A stretch of 64,000 bases of DNA from Legionellales bacterium (GTDB taxonomy: Bacteria; Pseudomonadota; Gammaproteobacteria; JAHCLG01), in assembly GCA_026125385.1 (NCBI GenBank), contig JAHCLG010000004.1:29782-93781 (forward strand), read 5' to 3'. Position 1 is the first letter of the stretch. Each line of letters starts with the position of its first letter. Shown here one piece after another: positions 1-9,615 of the stretch. The notes under the pieces were generated by a model. It was not told the DNA's origin. It made no database searches and saw nothing but the letters and a program-made list of their open reading frames with translations. The translations under genes were made by a program, and so were the position numbers.

Positions 1-603
1 GCGCGTTTCTCGATATAAAATATCAGATTGTGCTGTATAATAAATGCCGTTCATAATGGCGGAGTTTTCTTTGACCACTTGGGCCAGGTTATCTGATGTT
101 AGTCTATTTTCTTGATGATTGGTAACAATTAAATGAGAAATAGTATTAAATAAAAATTGTTTTAACGCATCTTGCTGTGCAAGATAATGTTGGTAAACAA
201 TCTCTTTATTTTTAAATTGTGTGTTAATTATGGGACTTAGAATCATGCGATCCAATTTATGCCTTGATTCCCATGCTGCGTTACTTGAGGAGTGAATGAA
301 TTGAAATGGCATTAGCCGAGATTTCATCAGCTCAACTGATTGTTGCAAGTTTTCACGCTGACTTGGATCTGTTGATAAAGCAGGAATAGTTTGATCAAGG
401 TCTTCTAAGCGTATATTCCATTCTTGCAATTTATTCCCTGCCTCTATCCATGCTGGATCTAAAATTATTTTAGGATTTTTATAATATTCCTCCGTTAAGC
501 GATTAAGCTCTGTATTAAAATTTTCAAATTCAGCTTGTATAGCATCTAATGTTGTATCGATATTAGTAGCAGTGGTATTGTTTTTGGATAATGTGTTTGT
601 CAT
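1..603 (-). CDS. hypothetical coiled-coil protein, N-terminal part only (ATG at 603, 3' end runs off the window); effector-like low-complexity sequence
   Basis: Open frame on the minus strand from an ATG at 601-603 (MTNTLSKNNTTATNIDTTLDA...EFENFNTELNRLTEEYYKN...). It is not in the ORF track because it is truncated. No recognisable domain. Confidence 0.35.
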   Translation of the reverse strand, partial: MTNTLSKNNTTATNIDTTLDAIQAEFENFNTELNRLTEEYYKNPKIILDPAWIEAGNKLQEWNIRLEDLDQTIPALSTDPSQRENLQQSVELMKSRLMPFQFIHSSSNAAWESRHKLDRMILSPIINTQFKNKEIVYQHYLAQQDALKQFLFNTISHLIVTNHQENRLTSDNLAQVVKENSAIMNGIYYTAQSDILYRETR

Positions 604-705
604 TGTTTTTTCCCCGTGATAAGTAAACATGCTTTGTCATTAATAGTAGTATGGTATTAATTGAAGGATTTGTAAAATCTTAAGGTTTTATGAATTTGGG
701 AAGGA

Positions 706-1521
706 TTATCGACCAGTGAAGTACGGAACTTGAAATCGCACTCGATCCTCTAAACGCATGGCCGTGAGAAAACCACCCCACACGCAGCCGGTATCAATGG
801 GGAAAATAGTATGAAAATAACTAATACCTTGCAGCGCTGCCCAGTGGCCAAAAATAATATTTAAATCTTGATGGGCGCGATTAGGAATGCTAAACCAAGG
901 ATAATAATTTTTTCGTTGTGAGCCTAAGCCTTCTTTGGATTTTAAATCGATTTGACCTTCGGTGGTACAAAAACGAATGCGAGTTAGGCAGTTGGTAATA
1001 AATCGTAAGCGTTTGACGCCGGTTAATTCTGCTTTCCATTTTTTTGGGGTATCACCATACATGTGTTCAAGAAAATGATGATAGTGTTTTCCTTGCAACG
1101 CTTGCTCGACTTCCTGTGCGCAAGCTAGCGCTAAGTTTAAATCCCATTGGGGGGGCAGTCCGGCGTGGACTAATACATAATTCAACTGAGGATCATAGTG
1201 CAAGAGTTTTTGTTGGCGTAACCAAAAAATTAATTCTTCTTGATCAGGCGCTGTTAAAATCTCGGCAAGAGTATCTTTCTTTTTTAAATCAATAATATTA
1301 TTCGCCAGTGCAATTAAATGTAAATCATGATTGCCTAAAACAATGGTGGTGTGCGGTAGTGATTTAATAAACCGTAGACAGGCTAACGATTGCGGTCCAC
1401 GATTGACTAAATCGCCGGAAAACCATAAGTGATCAACGTGTGGGTCGTAACGAATTAATGCTAGTAATGCTTGCAGCTCTTCAAAGCAGCCTTGCACATC
1501 GCCAATGGCATAGGTTGCCAT
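706..1521 (-). CDS. apaH: bis(5'-nucleosyl)-tetraphosphatase (symmetrical) ApaH
   Basis: N-terminus MATYAIGDVQGCFEELQALL plus GDLVNRGP and GNHD metallophosphatase motifs. Sits in the conserved apaG-apaH position. Confidence 0.9.
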   Translation of the reverse strand: MATYAIGDVQGCFEELQALLALIRYDPHVDHLWFSGDLVNRGPQSLACLRFIKSLPHTTIVLGNHDLHLIALANNIIDLKKKDTLAEILTAPDQEELIFWLRQQKLLHYDPQLNYVLVHAGLPPQWDLNLALACAQEVEQALQGKHYHHFLEHMYGDTPKKWKAELTGVKRLRFITNCLTRIRFCTTEGQIDLKSKEGLGSQRKNYYPWFSIPNRAHQDLNIIFGHWAALQGISYFHTIFPIDTGCVWGGFLTAMRLEDRVRFQVPYFTGR

Positions 1522-1523
1522 CG

Positions 1524-1901
1524 TTAATTAACCGCATTGGGTGCGGCTAAGCGGAAAATGGGAATATCAACTTCAAAATGTTGATTATGATCATCCACCA
1601 TGTGATAACTGCCTTGCATGCTACCAACCGGTGTTTTAATAATTGCACTGCTGGTATATTGGAAATGTTGTCCAGGTTGTAAATGCGGTTGCTCACCCAC
1701 CACACCCACACCGCGTACTTCTTGGATTTCACCATTAGCATCGTTAATAACCCAATGGCGAGATAATAATTTTGCCGCTTCCGTTCCTTGATTGGTAATG
1801 ATAATCGAATAGGCAAAGGTAAAATGTGCATTATGCGGATCGGAATGCTCTGGCAAATATTGTGTGCTGACTTTGATATCAATATGGGGTTGTTCATTCA
1901 T
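1524..1901 (-). CDS. apaG: ApaG (DUF525) protein
   Basis: 125 aa, FTFAYSIIITNQG...GVVGEQP pattern typical of ApaG, lying between ksgA and apaH. Confidence 0.85.
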   Translation of the reverse strand: MNEQPHIDIKVSTQYLPEHSDPHNAHFTFAYSIIITNQGTEAAKLLSRHWVINDANGEIQEVRGVGVVGEQPHLQPGQHFQYTSSAIIKTPVGSMQGSYHMVDDHNQHFEVDIPIFRLAAPNAVN

Positions 1902-1971
1902 CGTTAATATACCTGTAAACTGCGTATCACTCTCTTTAAGATAACGTAAAAAAGAAAGATGTGCCAGTTGT

Positions 1972-2751
1972 TCAACTTAAGTTACTTAATGTCACAAAAT
2001 CTGCTAGCGCAAGCGTTTCAGCACGAGCACCCGGATCAATTCCTGCTTGAATGAACAGGGCTTCATTCACCATTGGTTTCATACTATTGCGAATGGTTTT
2101 ACGTCGTTGATTAAATGCGAGACGCACCAATTCACTGAACTTGGCGAAATCGTTTGCAGGATAGGGCAGGGGATGATGCGGGGTTAAACGCACAATCGCT
2201 GATTCAACTTTAGGTTGAGGATGAAAGGCGGTTGCAGGAACCGTAAATAAATAGTCTGGCTGACAAAAATATTGAATCATCACGCTTAAACGACCATAGT
2301 GTTCGCTATTTGGTTTAGCACACAATCGTTCTACCACTTCTTTTTGCAACATAAAATGTAAATCTTGAATGTGATCAATAAATTTTAAGAAATGAAATAA
2401 TAAAGGAGTGGAAATATTATAGGGCAAATTGCCGAGTAATCGCATAGGGGTTTGCGGTGACGTTAATAAATTAAAATCAAATTTCAAGGCATCGGCTTGA
2501 TGAATAATTAAATTAGCGGGATAGTGACAATTTTTTTGTAATAGCGGGATGACATCACGATCGATTTCGATCACCTGCAAACGTTCTACTTTTGTTAATA
2601 ACGGTTGAGTTAAGGCACCCAGTCCTGGGCCAATTTCAATTAAATTATCCTGCTTGTTAGGTTTTATAGAGTTAATAATGTGGTTAATAATCGTTTGATC
2701 GGTTAAGAAATTTTGACCAAAGCGTTTGCGTGCTTGATGTGGCGATTTCAT
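1972..2751 (-). CDS. rsmA: 16S rRNA (adenine1518/1519-N6)-dimethyltransferase RsmA/KsgA
   Basis: ARKRFGQNFL motif and SAM-binding IEIGPGLGALT. The ATG at 2749-2751 overlaps the pdxA stop (ATGA coupling). The ORF-track start at 2763 is TTG. Confidence 0.9.
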   Translation of the reverse strand: MKSPHQARKRFGQNFLTDQTIINHIINSIKPNKQDNLIEIGPGLGALTQPLLTKVERLQVIEIDRDVIPLLQKNCHYPANLIIHQADALKFDFNLLTSPQTPMRLLGNLPYNISTPLLFHFLKFIDHIQDLHFMLQKEVVERLCAKPNSEHYGRLSVMIQYFCQPDYLFTVPATAFHPQPKVESAIVRLTPHHPLPYPANDFAKFSELVRLAFNQRRKTIRNSMKPMVNEALFIQAGIDPGARAETLALADFVTLSNLS

Positions 2752-3758
2752 TGTATATTCCAAGTTAACGTATAATTAAAATTAGGCTGAATTAATTGTT
2801 GAGCCATGTGGAACGCCGCGATTAAACTTTGGGGATTAGCCTGATTTTTTCCCGCTAAATCGAGTGCGGTTCCATGATCGACCGAGGTGCGAATGATGGG
2901 TAATCCTAAGGTAATATTAACACCCGTGGCGAAATCACTGTATTTAATAATGGGCAAACCTTGATCGTGATACATGGCTAAAATGGCATCGAATTGTGTT
3001 AAATACTTTGGTAAAAAAATGGTATCGGCTGGGAGTGGACCCACTAGTGTGACATTTTTTGCGGGAAATTGCTTAAGTGCAGGTTGAATAATCTCAATTT
3101 CTTCTCGGCCTAATAAGCCATTTTCGCCGGCATGCGGATTTAATCCACAGACGCCAATTCGCGGATGAGCAATTCCAAAACGATGCCGTAAATCATGCTC
3201 CAGAATATGCAGCGTGGTGGTGATTTTGCTAAAGGTGATGTTTTCAGCAATTTCACGCACGGGTAAATGCGTGGTCACTAAAGCGACGCGCAATTGTGAA
3301 TTTGCCAGCATCATCACCGATTGTTTACAACTACACCATCTTGCCAGCCATTCCGTCACCCCGCTAAATTGGGTATCTAGCTGATGAACAGCATATTTAT
3401 GAACAGGATTAGTGACCATGGCTGCAAATTCGCCCGCTAAGGTTTTTTGCGCGGCCACTGTTAAACAATTTAATACATAAGCGGCATTTGCAGTGGTTAC
3501 TTGCCCAGGAATAATCTGCGGATGATGTAATTTAACGGGTAAAACGTAACCAACGCCGGCCTGATGATGAAGTGGCGCCTGCGCAGGATCGTAATATTTG
3601 AGTGTGCAAGGAATGGCGAGTTGTTGACGGTAAAATTTTAATAAATCGATATCCCCGATGACAACGGGCACTGCAGGTAAATCCGGTTGCTGAATTAATT
3701 TCAAACATAATTCAGGACCAATACCTGCAGGTTCACCCGCTGTAACCGCAATTAACAT
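2748..3758 (-). CDS. pdxA: 4-hydroxythreonine-4-phosphate dehydrogenase PdxA
   Basis: TAGEPAGIGPEL N-terminus and HGTA.D..GK motif. Conserved surA-pdxA-ksgA order. Confidence 0.85.
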   Translation of the reverse strand: MLIAVTAGEPAGIGPELCLKLIQQPDLPAVPVVIGDIDLLKFYRQQLAIPCTLKYYDPAQAPLHHQAGVGYVLPVKLHHPQIIPGQVTTANAAYVLNCLTVAAQKTLAGEFAAMVTNPVHKYAVHQLDTQFSGVTEWLARWCSCKQSVMMLANSQLRVALVTTHLPVREIAENITFSKITTTLHILEHDLRHRFGIAHPRIGVCGLNPHAGENGLLGREEIEIIQPALKQFPAKNVTLVGPLPADTIFLPKYLTQFDAILAMYHDQGLPIIKYSDFATGVNITLGLPIIRTSVDHGTALDLAGKNQANPQSLIAAFHMAQQLIQPNFNYTLTWNIQ

Positions 3759-3761
3759 GGA

Positions 3762-4709
3762 TTAATTGTTAACAATATGAATGTAAGAAGTTTCACGTAA
3801 TTTTTTTACCCATTTATCGACCGCTTCACCCATTTTGCGCGCATATAGCATATTTTCCGCTTGTTGCGGAGTGATCGCATTATTACTGCCAGGTTTCGCG
3901 GTTATTTTAATGAGTTTAATTAAGTGAAATCCATTAGCAGTTTTGATAGGGCCGGCAATTTGATTTTTTTTCATCGCTTGCACGGTGGAAGCAAATACCG
4001 TTGGCAAATCGGCAAGCGCGCGAAGACCTAAATCCGTGACATTTAATGAATGCTGTGCGGCTAATTTTTTTAAATCGCCTTGATTTTTTGCTGATTGCAA
4101 TAAGGTTTCAGCTTGGGTTTTTGCGGTTTGCCATTGCAAAGACGATGCATTATCGGCAACAGGAATTAATAAGTCTTGAACTTGATATAATTGATTGGCA
4201 GGATCATGCGGTAATGTTTTTAAAAAGTGATCAACTTCTTTTTTATTTAATACCACAGAAGAACCCACAGCGGCTTGCTGAACTTTACTCACTAAAATTT
4301 GATCGCGTAGTGTTTTTTTATAGGAATCATAGCTAATTCCACTTTTAATGATATAGGCCCGCAGTTGATCAATCGACATATGGTTGGAGGCCGCAATGCG
4401 TTTAATCGCTTGGTTTACATCGTTATCGGTGACTTTAATGCCTGCTTTTTCTGCACTTTGTTTTTGCAGTAACTGATCGATCATATGATCAAGCACTTGT
4501 TGACGTAATTTTTTTTCGGAAGGTACAGGGCTATGCGATTCTTGTAATTGACTACGAATAATTTGTACTTGTTGATTTAATTGCACGTCGGTTATGACAT
4601 CGTGGTTTACATAAGCAATGATGCTATCGAGTGGTTGTGGTTTGGCATAAACCATTATTGCGCTCATCATGCTTAAAAAAAAGATGAATACGTTACTGAT
4701 TCTTTTCAT
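3762..4709 (-). CDS. surA: periplasmic chaperone/peptidyl-prolyl isomerase SurA (short form with a single parvulin domain)
   Basis: Signal peptide, SurA N-domain and one parvulin domain (GFHLIKL). Immediately downstream of lptD. Confidence 0.8.
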   Translation of the reverse strand: MKRISNVFIFFLSMMSAIMVYAKPQPLDSIIAYVNHDVITDVQLNQQVQIIRSQLQESHSPVPSEKKLRQQVLDHMIDQLLQKQSAEKAGIKVTDNDVNQAIKRIAASNHMSIDQLRAYIIKSGISYDSYKKTLRDQILVSKVQQAAVGSSVVLNKKEVDHFLKTLPHDPANQLYQVQDLLIPVADNASSLQWQTAKTQAETLLQSAKNQGDLKKLAAQHSLNVTDLGLRALADLPTVFASTVQAMKKNQIAGPIKTANGFHLIKLIKITAKPGSNNAITPQQAENMLYARKMGEAVDKWVKKLRETSYIHIVNN

Positions 4710-7303
4710 GATCGTGTCCTATGATTTGTAAAAATATCGTTGTAACCAGGAATTTCTGAGGCTAACAAAGAATTGCTTCCCTGATTACCCACTCCACCAA
4801 TGCCTTTTAACATGATTTGGAAATAAATCCGCTTATCGTAAATGCCTTGGTGAAATTGATTAAAGCCCGTAAATTGACGACCCGTCACAACTCGCGCTGC
4901 CCAACAGCAGGTGTCGTATTGTAACCCATAATAAAAACTTTTTGCATTGGCAGAATTCAAGATATTTTCATTTGAGATTAAGCCTAACATGCTGATTTTG
5001 GGCGTAACATACCAATTTGCACCTAAATTCAATAAATTGGCCGAACCTGCTAAGGTAGTTTGATTATTACTGGTGAGTCTCACTGAACGCGTATAGGTGT
5101 AATTGAGGTAAATATCGTAGTATTGGCGATGATGCGAGGACAGCGTGACGGAGCTATCGGTAAAATGGTGTTGATAAGGGTCCCAGGCAATATCGCTGCT
5201 TAATTCCCAATCTTGAATTAAGCTAAAGGTAATTTTACCGACAATGGGTGAGAAGGCTTTGGTGTAATCATAATTGCTGATGAATAAACATTGATCCGTC
5301 GCACAATTATTAATAGTGACTAAGCGATGCTGGAAATAACGAATTTGACCAATACTCACGCGCATTTTTTCGATACCATTATCGCCATTTAAAAATCGCG
5401 AGGTTACGCCGTAAGCGATTTGATTAGCATCGCCAATGCGATCAAATCCAGAAAAGCGATTGTTTCTGAATAATTGATCGTAAGTTAAGGTTTGCAACAA
5501 ACTATCGAATACTGGAATGGTATTTTGATTTTTATAAGGCACATATAAATAATGTAAACGTGGTTCTAATGTTTGAGTAAAGTTTTGGGTCAATAATGAT
5601 AAATTTCGTTGCAAGACCAAACCACTGTCGATGGAAAAAATAGGTAATGTGCGATCTATTTTGGTTTGTGGCCATGTAGGGCTATTGAATAAATCGTATT
5701 GAGTCGCATCCAGTGATAATTGCGGCGTAATGTGTCCTGCTAAAGACGCTACGGGATAACTGAATGTCGGTTGGACATGCCAGCGATAGGCATCGGCATA
5801 AGCAAAACCTGGCGATAAATCCGGTGTTAAATAGTGAGTGGTGTTAGGGTCTATGCCAAAACTGTGGGTAAAACGCACGGCTTGGGAATCTAAGGAAAAA
5901 TTAGCGCCCATAATAGGAAAAGGGGCGACATAATTAGCATCGAATTGCGGTAAACGCGCGTACTGATTAAGAAATACCGGATAGTTAACGGGATGTAATG
6001 TTTGATAGTGTTGTAAAAGTCCTGCTAAAAACCAATCATCACTTTTATATTGAATATAAGCTTGTTGCAATAATTGATTTTGATAATCGGTATTGAAAGC
6101 CGTATTATCGAAATCTTGAAAAAAATAATCATCACTAACGTGATTAAAATCCAATATTGCCGAAACATGACGATTTATTGTAGAGTCTTGATGCCACGAA
6201 ATATAACGACGATCGTGACTAAGTTTTTCTAAATGATTTAATTGGTCAGGTCGCAAGGATGGATATTCACTGGGCAATTTAGCTAAAAATTGGCTGAAAG
6301 CGCGATCGTTGTGAATAAATCCGAGATTTAAATAACCCGTGCTAGATTGAGTTAAATAACGTGTTTGGGTATCCCAAAATATTCCGCGCTTAGTATAAAT
6401 ATTTGGTGTGAGGGTAAAATCGAGATTGGGCATTAAATTAAAATAAATCGGTAACGCCATATTCATTCCCGATTGCGAAGAATAATGAAAGCTGGGATAC
6501 AAAATGCCGGTTTTTCGACGTTTATCAATAGGGAAATTAATATAAGGCAAATACATCACCGGAATATTTTTTAAATACAGCCAAGAATGAGTGGCAACAC
6601 CTCGTCCAGTAGTGCGATTTAACGTTAAGTGTTGTGCTTGCATATGCCAAGAAGTATTTAAGGGGCTACAGGTGCTAAAGCTGGCATTTTTTAAGATAAT
6701 TAATCCTGGATTGACCTGATGGATTAAATAGGCCTTGCCCCAGGCACTAAGCCCCACAATTTTTTGTTGTTGAGGGCTTATTGCTTGTAGATTAGCAGTT
6801 TGATCTAAAGCAAGATGGTAAATACCTTGATGAAAATGCGCTTCTTTAGTATTTAAAATAACTTCTGCCGATTCACCCCGTAACAATCGCCCTGGCGTGC
6901 GTAATATCACATGGCCGCGTAAATGAATGAGATTAATTTTATGCGTTGTGGGATCGCGAATTAATTCTGCTTCATCGGCGGTGATGCGTCGCCCAGGTTC
7001 ACTGACAATAGCGTGTTGTAAAATAGAAGTGCCTTCTTCGGAAAATAAGACTGGCCCAAGTCCTGTGACTTGAATTTTTCCTGCGGCTAAGGGTTCTGTT
7101 GATTGAGGTGCTATGCTTAAATTAGGTTCTTGATAATATCCCTCACACAAATTGCTTTTAACGGCCGGTGTCCAACCCAACAATTGCGCTATCTTTTTAC
7201 TAGCGGTTTGGGTATCCTTGGGAGCAGCAAATAGGGTGGGGATGAGCGCTATGATCATCGCACTGATCCCGAGAAAAATTCGGTGGAAACCGCTTCGTCG
7301 CAT
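4706..7303 (-). CDS. lptD: LPS-assembly outer-membrane protein LptD
   Basis: 865 aa with signal peptide and the LptD/OstA N-domain plus a large beta-barrel. lptD-surA synteny. Confidence 0.9.
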   Translation of the reverse strand: MRRSGFHRIFLGISAMIIALIPTLFAAPKDTQTASKKIAQLLGWTPAVKSNLCEGYYQEPNLSIAPQSTEPLAAGKIQVTGLGPVLFSEEGTSILQHAIVSEPGRRITADEAELIRDPTTHKINLIHLRGHVILRTPGRLLRGESAEVILNTKEAHFHQGIYHLALDQTANLQAISPQQQKIVGLSAWGKAYLIHQVNPGLIILKNASFSTCSPLNTSWHMQAQHLTLNRTTGRGVATHSWLYLKNIPVMYLPYINFPIDKRRKTGILYPSFHYSSQSGMNMALPIYFNLMPNLDFTLTPNIYTKRGIFWDTQTRYLTQSSTGYLNLGFIHNDRAFSQFLAKLPSEYPSLRPDQLNHLEKLSHDRRYISWHQDSTINRHVSAILDFNHVSDDYFFQDFDNTAFNTDYQNQLLQQAYIQYKSDDWFLAGLLQHYQTLHPVNYPVFLNQYARLPQFDANYVAPFPIMGANFSLDSQAVRFTHSFGIDPNTTHYLTPDLSPGFAYADAYRWHVQPTFSYPVASLAGHITPQLSLDATQYDLFNSPTWPQTKIDRTLPIFSIDSGLVLQRNLSLLTQNFTQTLEPRLHYLYVPYKNQNTIPVFDSLLQTLTYDQLFRNNRFSGFDRIGDANQIAYGVTSRFLNGDNGIEKMRVSIGQIRYFQHRLVTINNCATDQCLFISNYDYTKAFSPIVGKITFSLIQDWELSSDIAWDPYQHHFTDSSVTLSSHHRQYYDIYLNYTYTRSVRLTSNNQTTLAGSANLLNLGANWYVTPKISMLGLISNENILNSANAKSFYYGLQYDTCCWAARVVTGRQFTGFNQFHQGIYDKRIYFQIMLKGIGGVGNQGSNSLLASEIPGYNDIFTNHRTRS

Positions 7304-7384
7304 TCACCTAAAACCCTACTTTTGGAAAAATGGGACTGTACCATAAAAAAAGTCATAAACGCAGCTTTTTAGGAAAAATGTATC

Positions 7385-8398
7385 ATGGTGTCGGTGGATT
7401 CCGTAGCAGTGCTTGAACAACGTCAAGCAGATTTAACAGCATGGCTGAGTCAACAGCTTGACATAAATGATCTTGCTATTTTAGCAGACGATTGCAGTTT
7501 TCGACGTTACTTTCGCGTAAAAACGCCTAAAGGCACATTCGTGGCGATGGATGCACCGCCCGATAAAGAAGATTGCCGACCTTTTGTTACTGTGGCCCAA
7601 GTTTTTTCTCACTATGGAATTAAGGTTCCGCGTATCTATGCGCAAAATCTTGAAGAAGGTTTCTTATTGCTCGATGATTTTGGCGATCGCGTTTTACTAT
7701 CGCAATTAAATTCGCAAACGGCAGAATCCTTATATCGTTTAGCGATTGATGAATTATTGCAAATACAAACGATTGAGCAACAGCAACCCTATTTATTTCC
7801 ACTGTATAATGGCGAGTATTTAAGAAAAGAAATTAATTTTTTCCAAGAGTGGTGTTTAGAAAAACATTTATTTCTAACGCTTACTCCAGCAGAACAACGG
7901 ATGATCGATACTACATTCGACGCGCTAATTAAAAATGCGGTAAGTCAACCGCAAGTGTGCGTCCATCGCGATTATCATTCACGCAATTTATTAGTATTAA
8001 ATTCCCAAGGCATTGGGGTTATCGATTTTCAGGATGCCATGTGGGGGCCTGTGACTTATGATTTAGTGTCTTTATTAAAAGATTGCTATATCACTTGGCC
8101 GCAATCGCTAGTAGATAATTTAGTCAATTATTATTATCAACACGCCTACGATCGCCATTTAATCGCCGTAGATAAAGCCACATTTGTGCGTTGGTTCGAT
8201 TTAATGGGCGTGCAACGTCATTTAAAAGCGATTTATCGGTTTGCGTTAAAATTTCGTCGCGATGGTGCGAGCGCGTATTTAGCCGATATTCCGCGAGCAT
8301 TAAATTATGTGTTGGATGTCGCCGCTCGTTATGCAGAATTAACGGAATTTAACGAATATTTGCAGAGCGTGGTGTTACCCACATTAAACCGCAATTGA
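7385..8398 (+). CDS. amgK: anomeric MurNAc/GlcNAc kinase AmgK (aminoglycoside-phosphotransferase fold)
   Basis: APH-family kinase motifs (HRDYHSRNLLV, IDFQDA). Divergent from lptD and followed by a MurU-type nucleotidyltransferase, as in the Pseudomonas lptD-amgK-murU locus. Confidence 0.7.
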   Translation: MVSVDSVAVLEQRQADLTAWLSQQLDINDLAILADDCSFRRYFRVKTPKGTFVAMDAPPDKEDCRPFVTVAQVFSHYGIKVPRIYAQNLEEGFLLLDDFGDRVLLSQLNSQTAESLYRLAIDELLQIQTIEQQQPYLFPLYNGEYLRKEINFFQEWCLEKHLFLTLTPAEQRMIDTTFDALIKNAVSQPQVCVHRDYHSRNLLVLNSQGIGVIDFQDAMWGPVTYDLVSLLKDCYITWPQSLVDNLVNYYYQHAYDRHLIAVDKATFVRWFDLMGVQRHLKAIYRFALKFRRDGASAYLADIPRALNYVLDVAARYAELTEFNEYLQSVVLPTLNRN

Positions 8399-8408
8399 GA
8401 AATAGAGC

Positions 8409-9086
8409 ATGAAGGCAATGATTTTAGCAGCCGGTCATGGTAAACGTATGTTGCCGTTGACTGAGCATACAGCGAAATGTTTATTAAAAATCGGCAAGAA
8501 AAGTTTAATTGAATATCATCTCGAGGCCTTAGCGCGCGCCGGGATCAAAGAAATTATTATTAACGTCGCTAAATGGGCATCGCAAATTCAAACAGCGCTC
8601 GGTGATGGTTCGCGATATGGTGTTACCATTGAATATTCCTACGAAGGTGAAGAACCGTTAGAAACTGGTGGCGGGATTTTACACGCACTACCATTAATAG
8701 GCGATGATCCCTTTTTAGTGATCAGTGCGGATATTTGGACAGATTTTCCATTTGCGCGTTTAATCACCGCTCATCAATCGCCACTGCATTTAATTGTGGT
8801 GCCAAATCCTCCGCATCATCCTCGTGGAGATTTTCAGTTAATAGCCGGGAAATTATCATCAGGGGAACAATCGCGTTATACCTATGCCAATATAGGAATT
8901 TATCATCCTGATTTATTTCGTGAATGGCAAAAATCCAGTTTTCCCTTAGTTGAAATTATTCGCACGGCAATGAATCAACAGTACGCGTACGGTGAATTGT
9001 ATAATGGCACATGGATTGATGTTGGCACGCCACAGCGGTATGATGCGTTACAACGAGAAATGCTCCATCAACAGGAATCTGAATGA
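8409..9086 (+). CDS. murU: N-acetylmuramate alpha-1-phosphate uridylyltransferase MurU (nucleotidyltransferase)
   Basis: MKAMILAAGHGKRMLPLT...KCLL sugar-nucleotidyltransferase signature. Paired with amgK. Confidence 0.7.
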   Translation: MKAMILAAGHGKRMLPLTEHTAKCLLKIGKKSLIEYHLEALARAGIKEIIINVAKWASQIQTALGDGSRYGVTIEYSYEGEEPLETGGGILHALPLIGDDPFLVISADIWTDFPFARLITAHQSPLHLIVVPNPPHHPRGDFQLIAGKLSSGEQSRYTYANIGIYHPDLFREWQKSSFPLVEIIRTAMNQQYAYGELYNGTWIDVGTPQRYDALQREMLHQQESE

Positions 9087-9301
9087 AAAATATTTTTACT
9101 CAACATCCGCATAGTCAAGGAATGAATTATTGGAGTCATTTATGGCGGGCATTTTCTTACAGTTTTCGCATGCTCGGTGCCGCCTGTTTAGGAATTATTC
9201 ATGGTATTTTTCCTTTTATGTGTAAAACATGTTTGAGTGATGCTGCCATTAAAATGGCAAAAGAATTTAATGAGTTTAACGAAAACGATCGTAAGCCGTA
9301 G
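9083..9301 (+). CDS. small hypothetical membrane protein, start overlaps the murU stop (ATGA)
   Basis: 72 aa with a hydrophobic core (MLGAACLGIIHGIFPF). 4-nt overlap with murU suggests co-translation. No known domain. Confidence 0.4.
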   Translation: MKNIFTQHPHSQGMNYWSHLWRAFSYSFRMLGAACLGIIHGIFPFMCKTCLSDAAIKMAKEFNEFNENDRKP

Positions 9302-9615
9302 CCTGGAACGGAGCGCAGCCTGTAGCCTGGAACGGAGCGTAGCCCGTAGCCTGGAACGGAGCGCAGCCTGTAGCCTGGAACGGAGCGCAGCGAAGATCCA
9401 GGATCGAAATTTTAAAATTTCACCAAACCTAAATCCCTTCGCAACAGATATCCAGGTTAACTAATATTAAAATCTCCCATTTAAATTTTATTACATTTTA
9501 ACCTTGAAATGAAATTTGAGATCGATTTATTTTACTGTTTCGTCCTGGATCTTCGCTGCGCTCCGTTCCAGGCTACGGGCTACGCTCCGTTCCAGGCTAC
9601 ACGCTAGGCTACGGC
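9296..9615. repeat. REP/BIME-like composite palindromic element: four tandem about 24 nt units (TAGCCTGGAACGGAGCGCAGCCTG), AT-rich core, two inverted units
   Basis: Direct tandem units at 9299-9395. Their reverse complements lie at 9540-9610 (cgctgcgctccgttccaggctac x2), with a GATCCTGGATC inner inverted repeat. A second copy of the family is at 37925-38085. Confidence 0.8.

Noticed and set aside
7152-7346. 64-aa ORF at the lptD 5' end
   Set aside because: It is antisense to lptD, with no SD or conservation.
9299-9395. CRISPR-like tandem repeats
   Set aside because: The units are directly abutting with no spacers, and an inverted copy lies 140 bp away. This is a REP/BIME-type palindromic element, not a CRISPR array.
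9237-9464. 75-aa ORF encoding SLERSAA-type peptide repeats
   Set aside because: It is a translation artefact of the tandem 24-nt REP units and has no independent coding signal.
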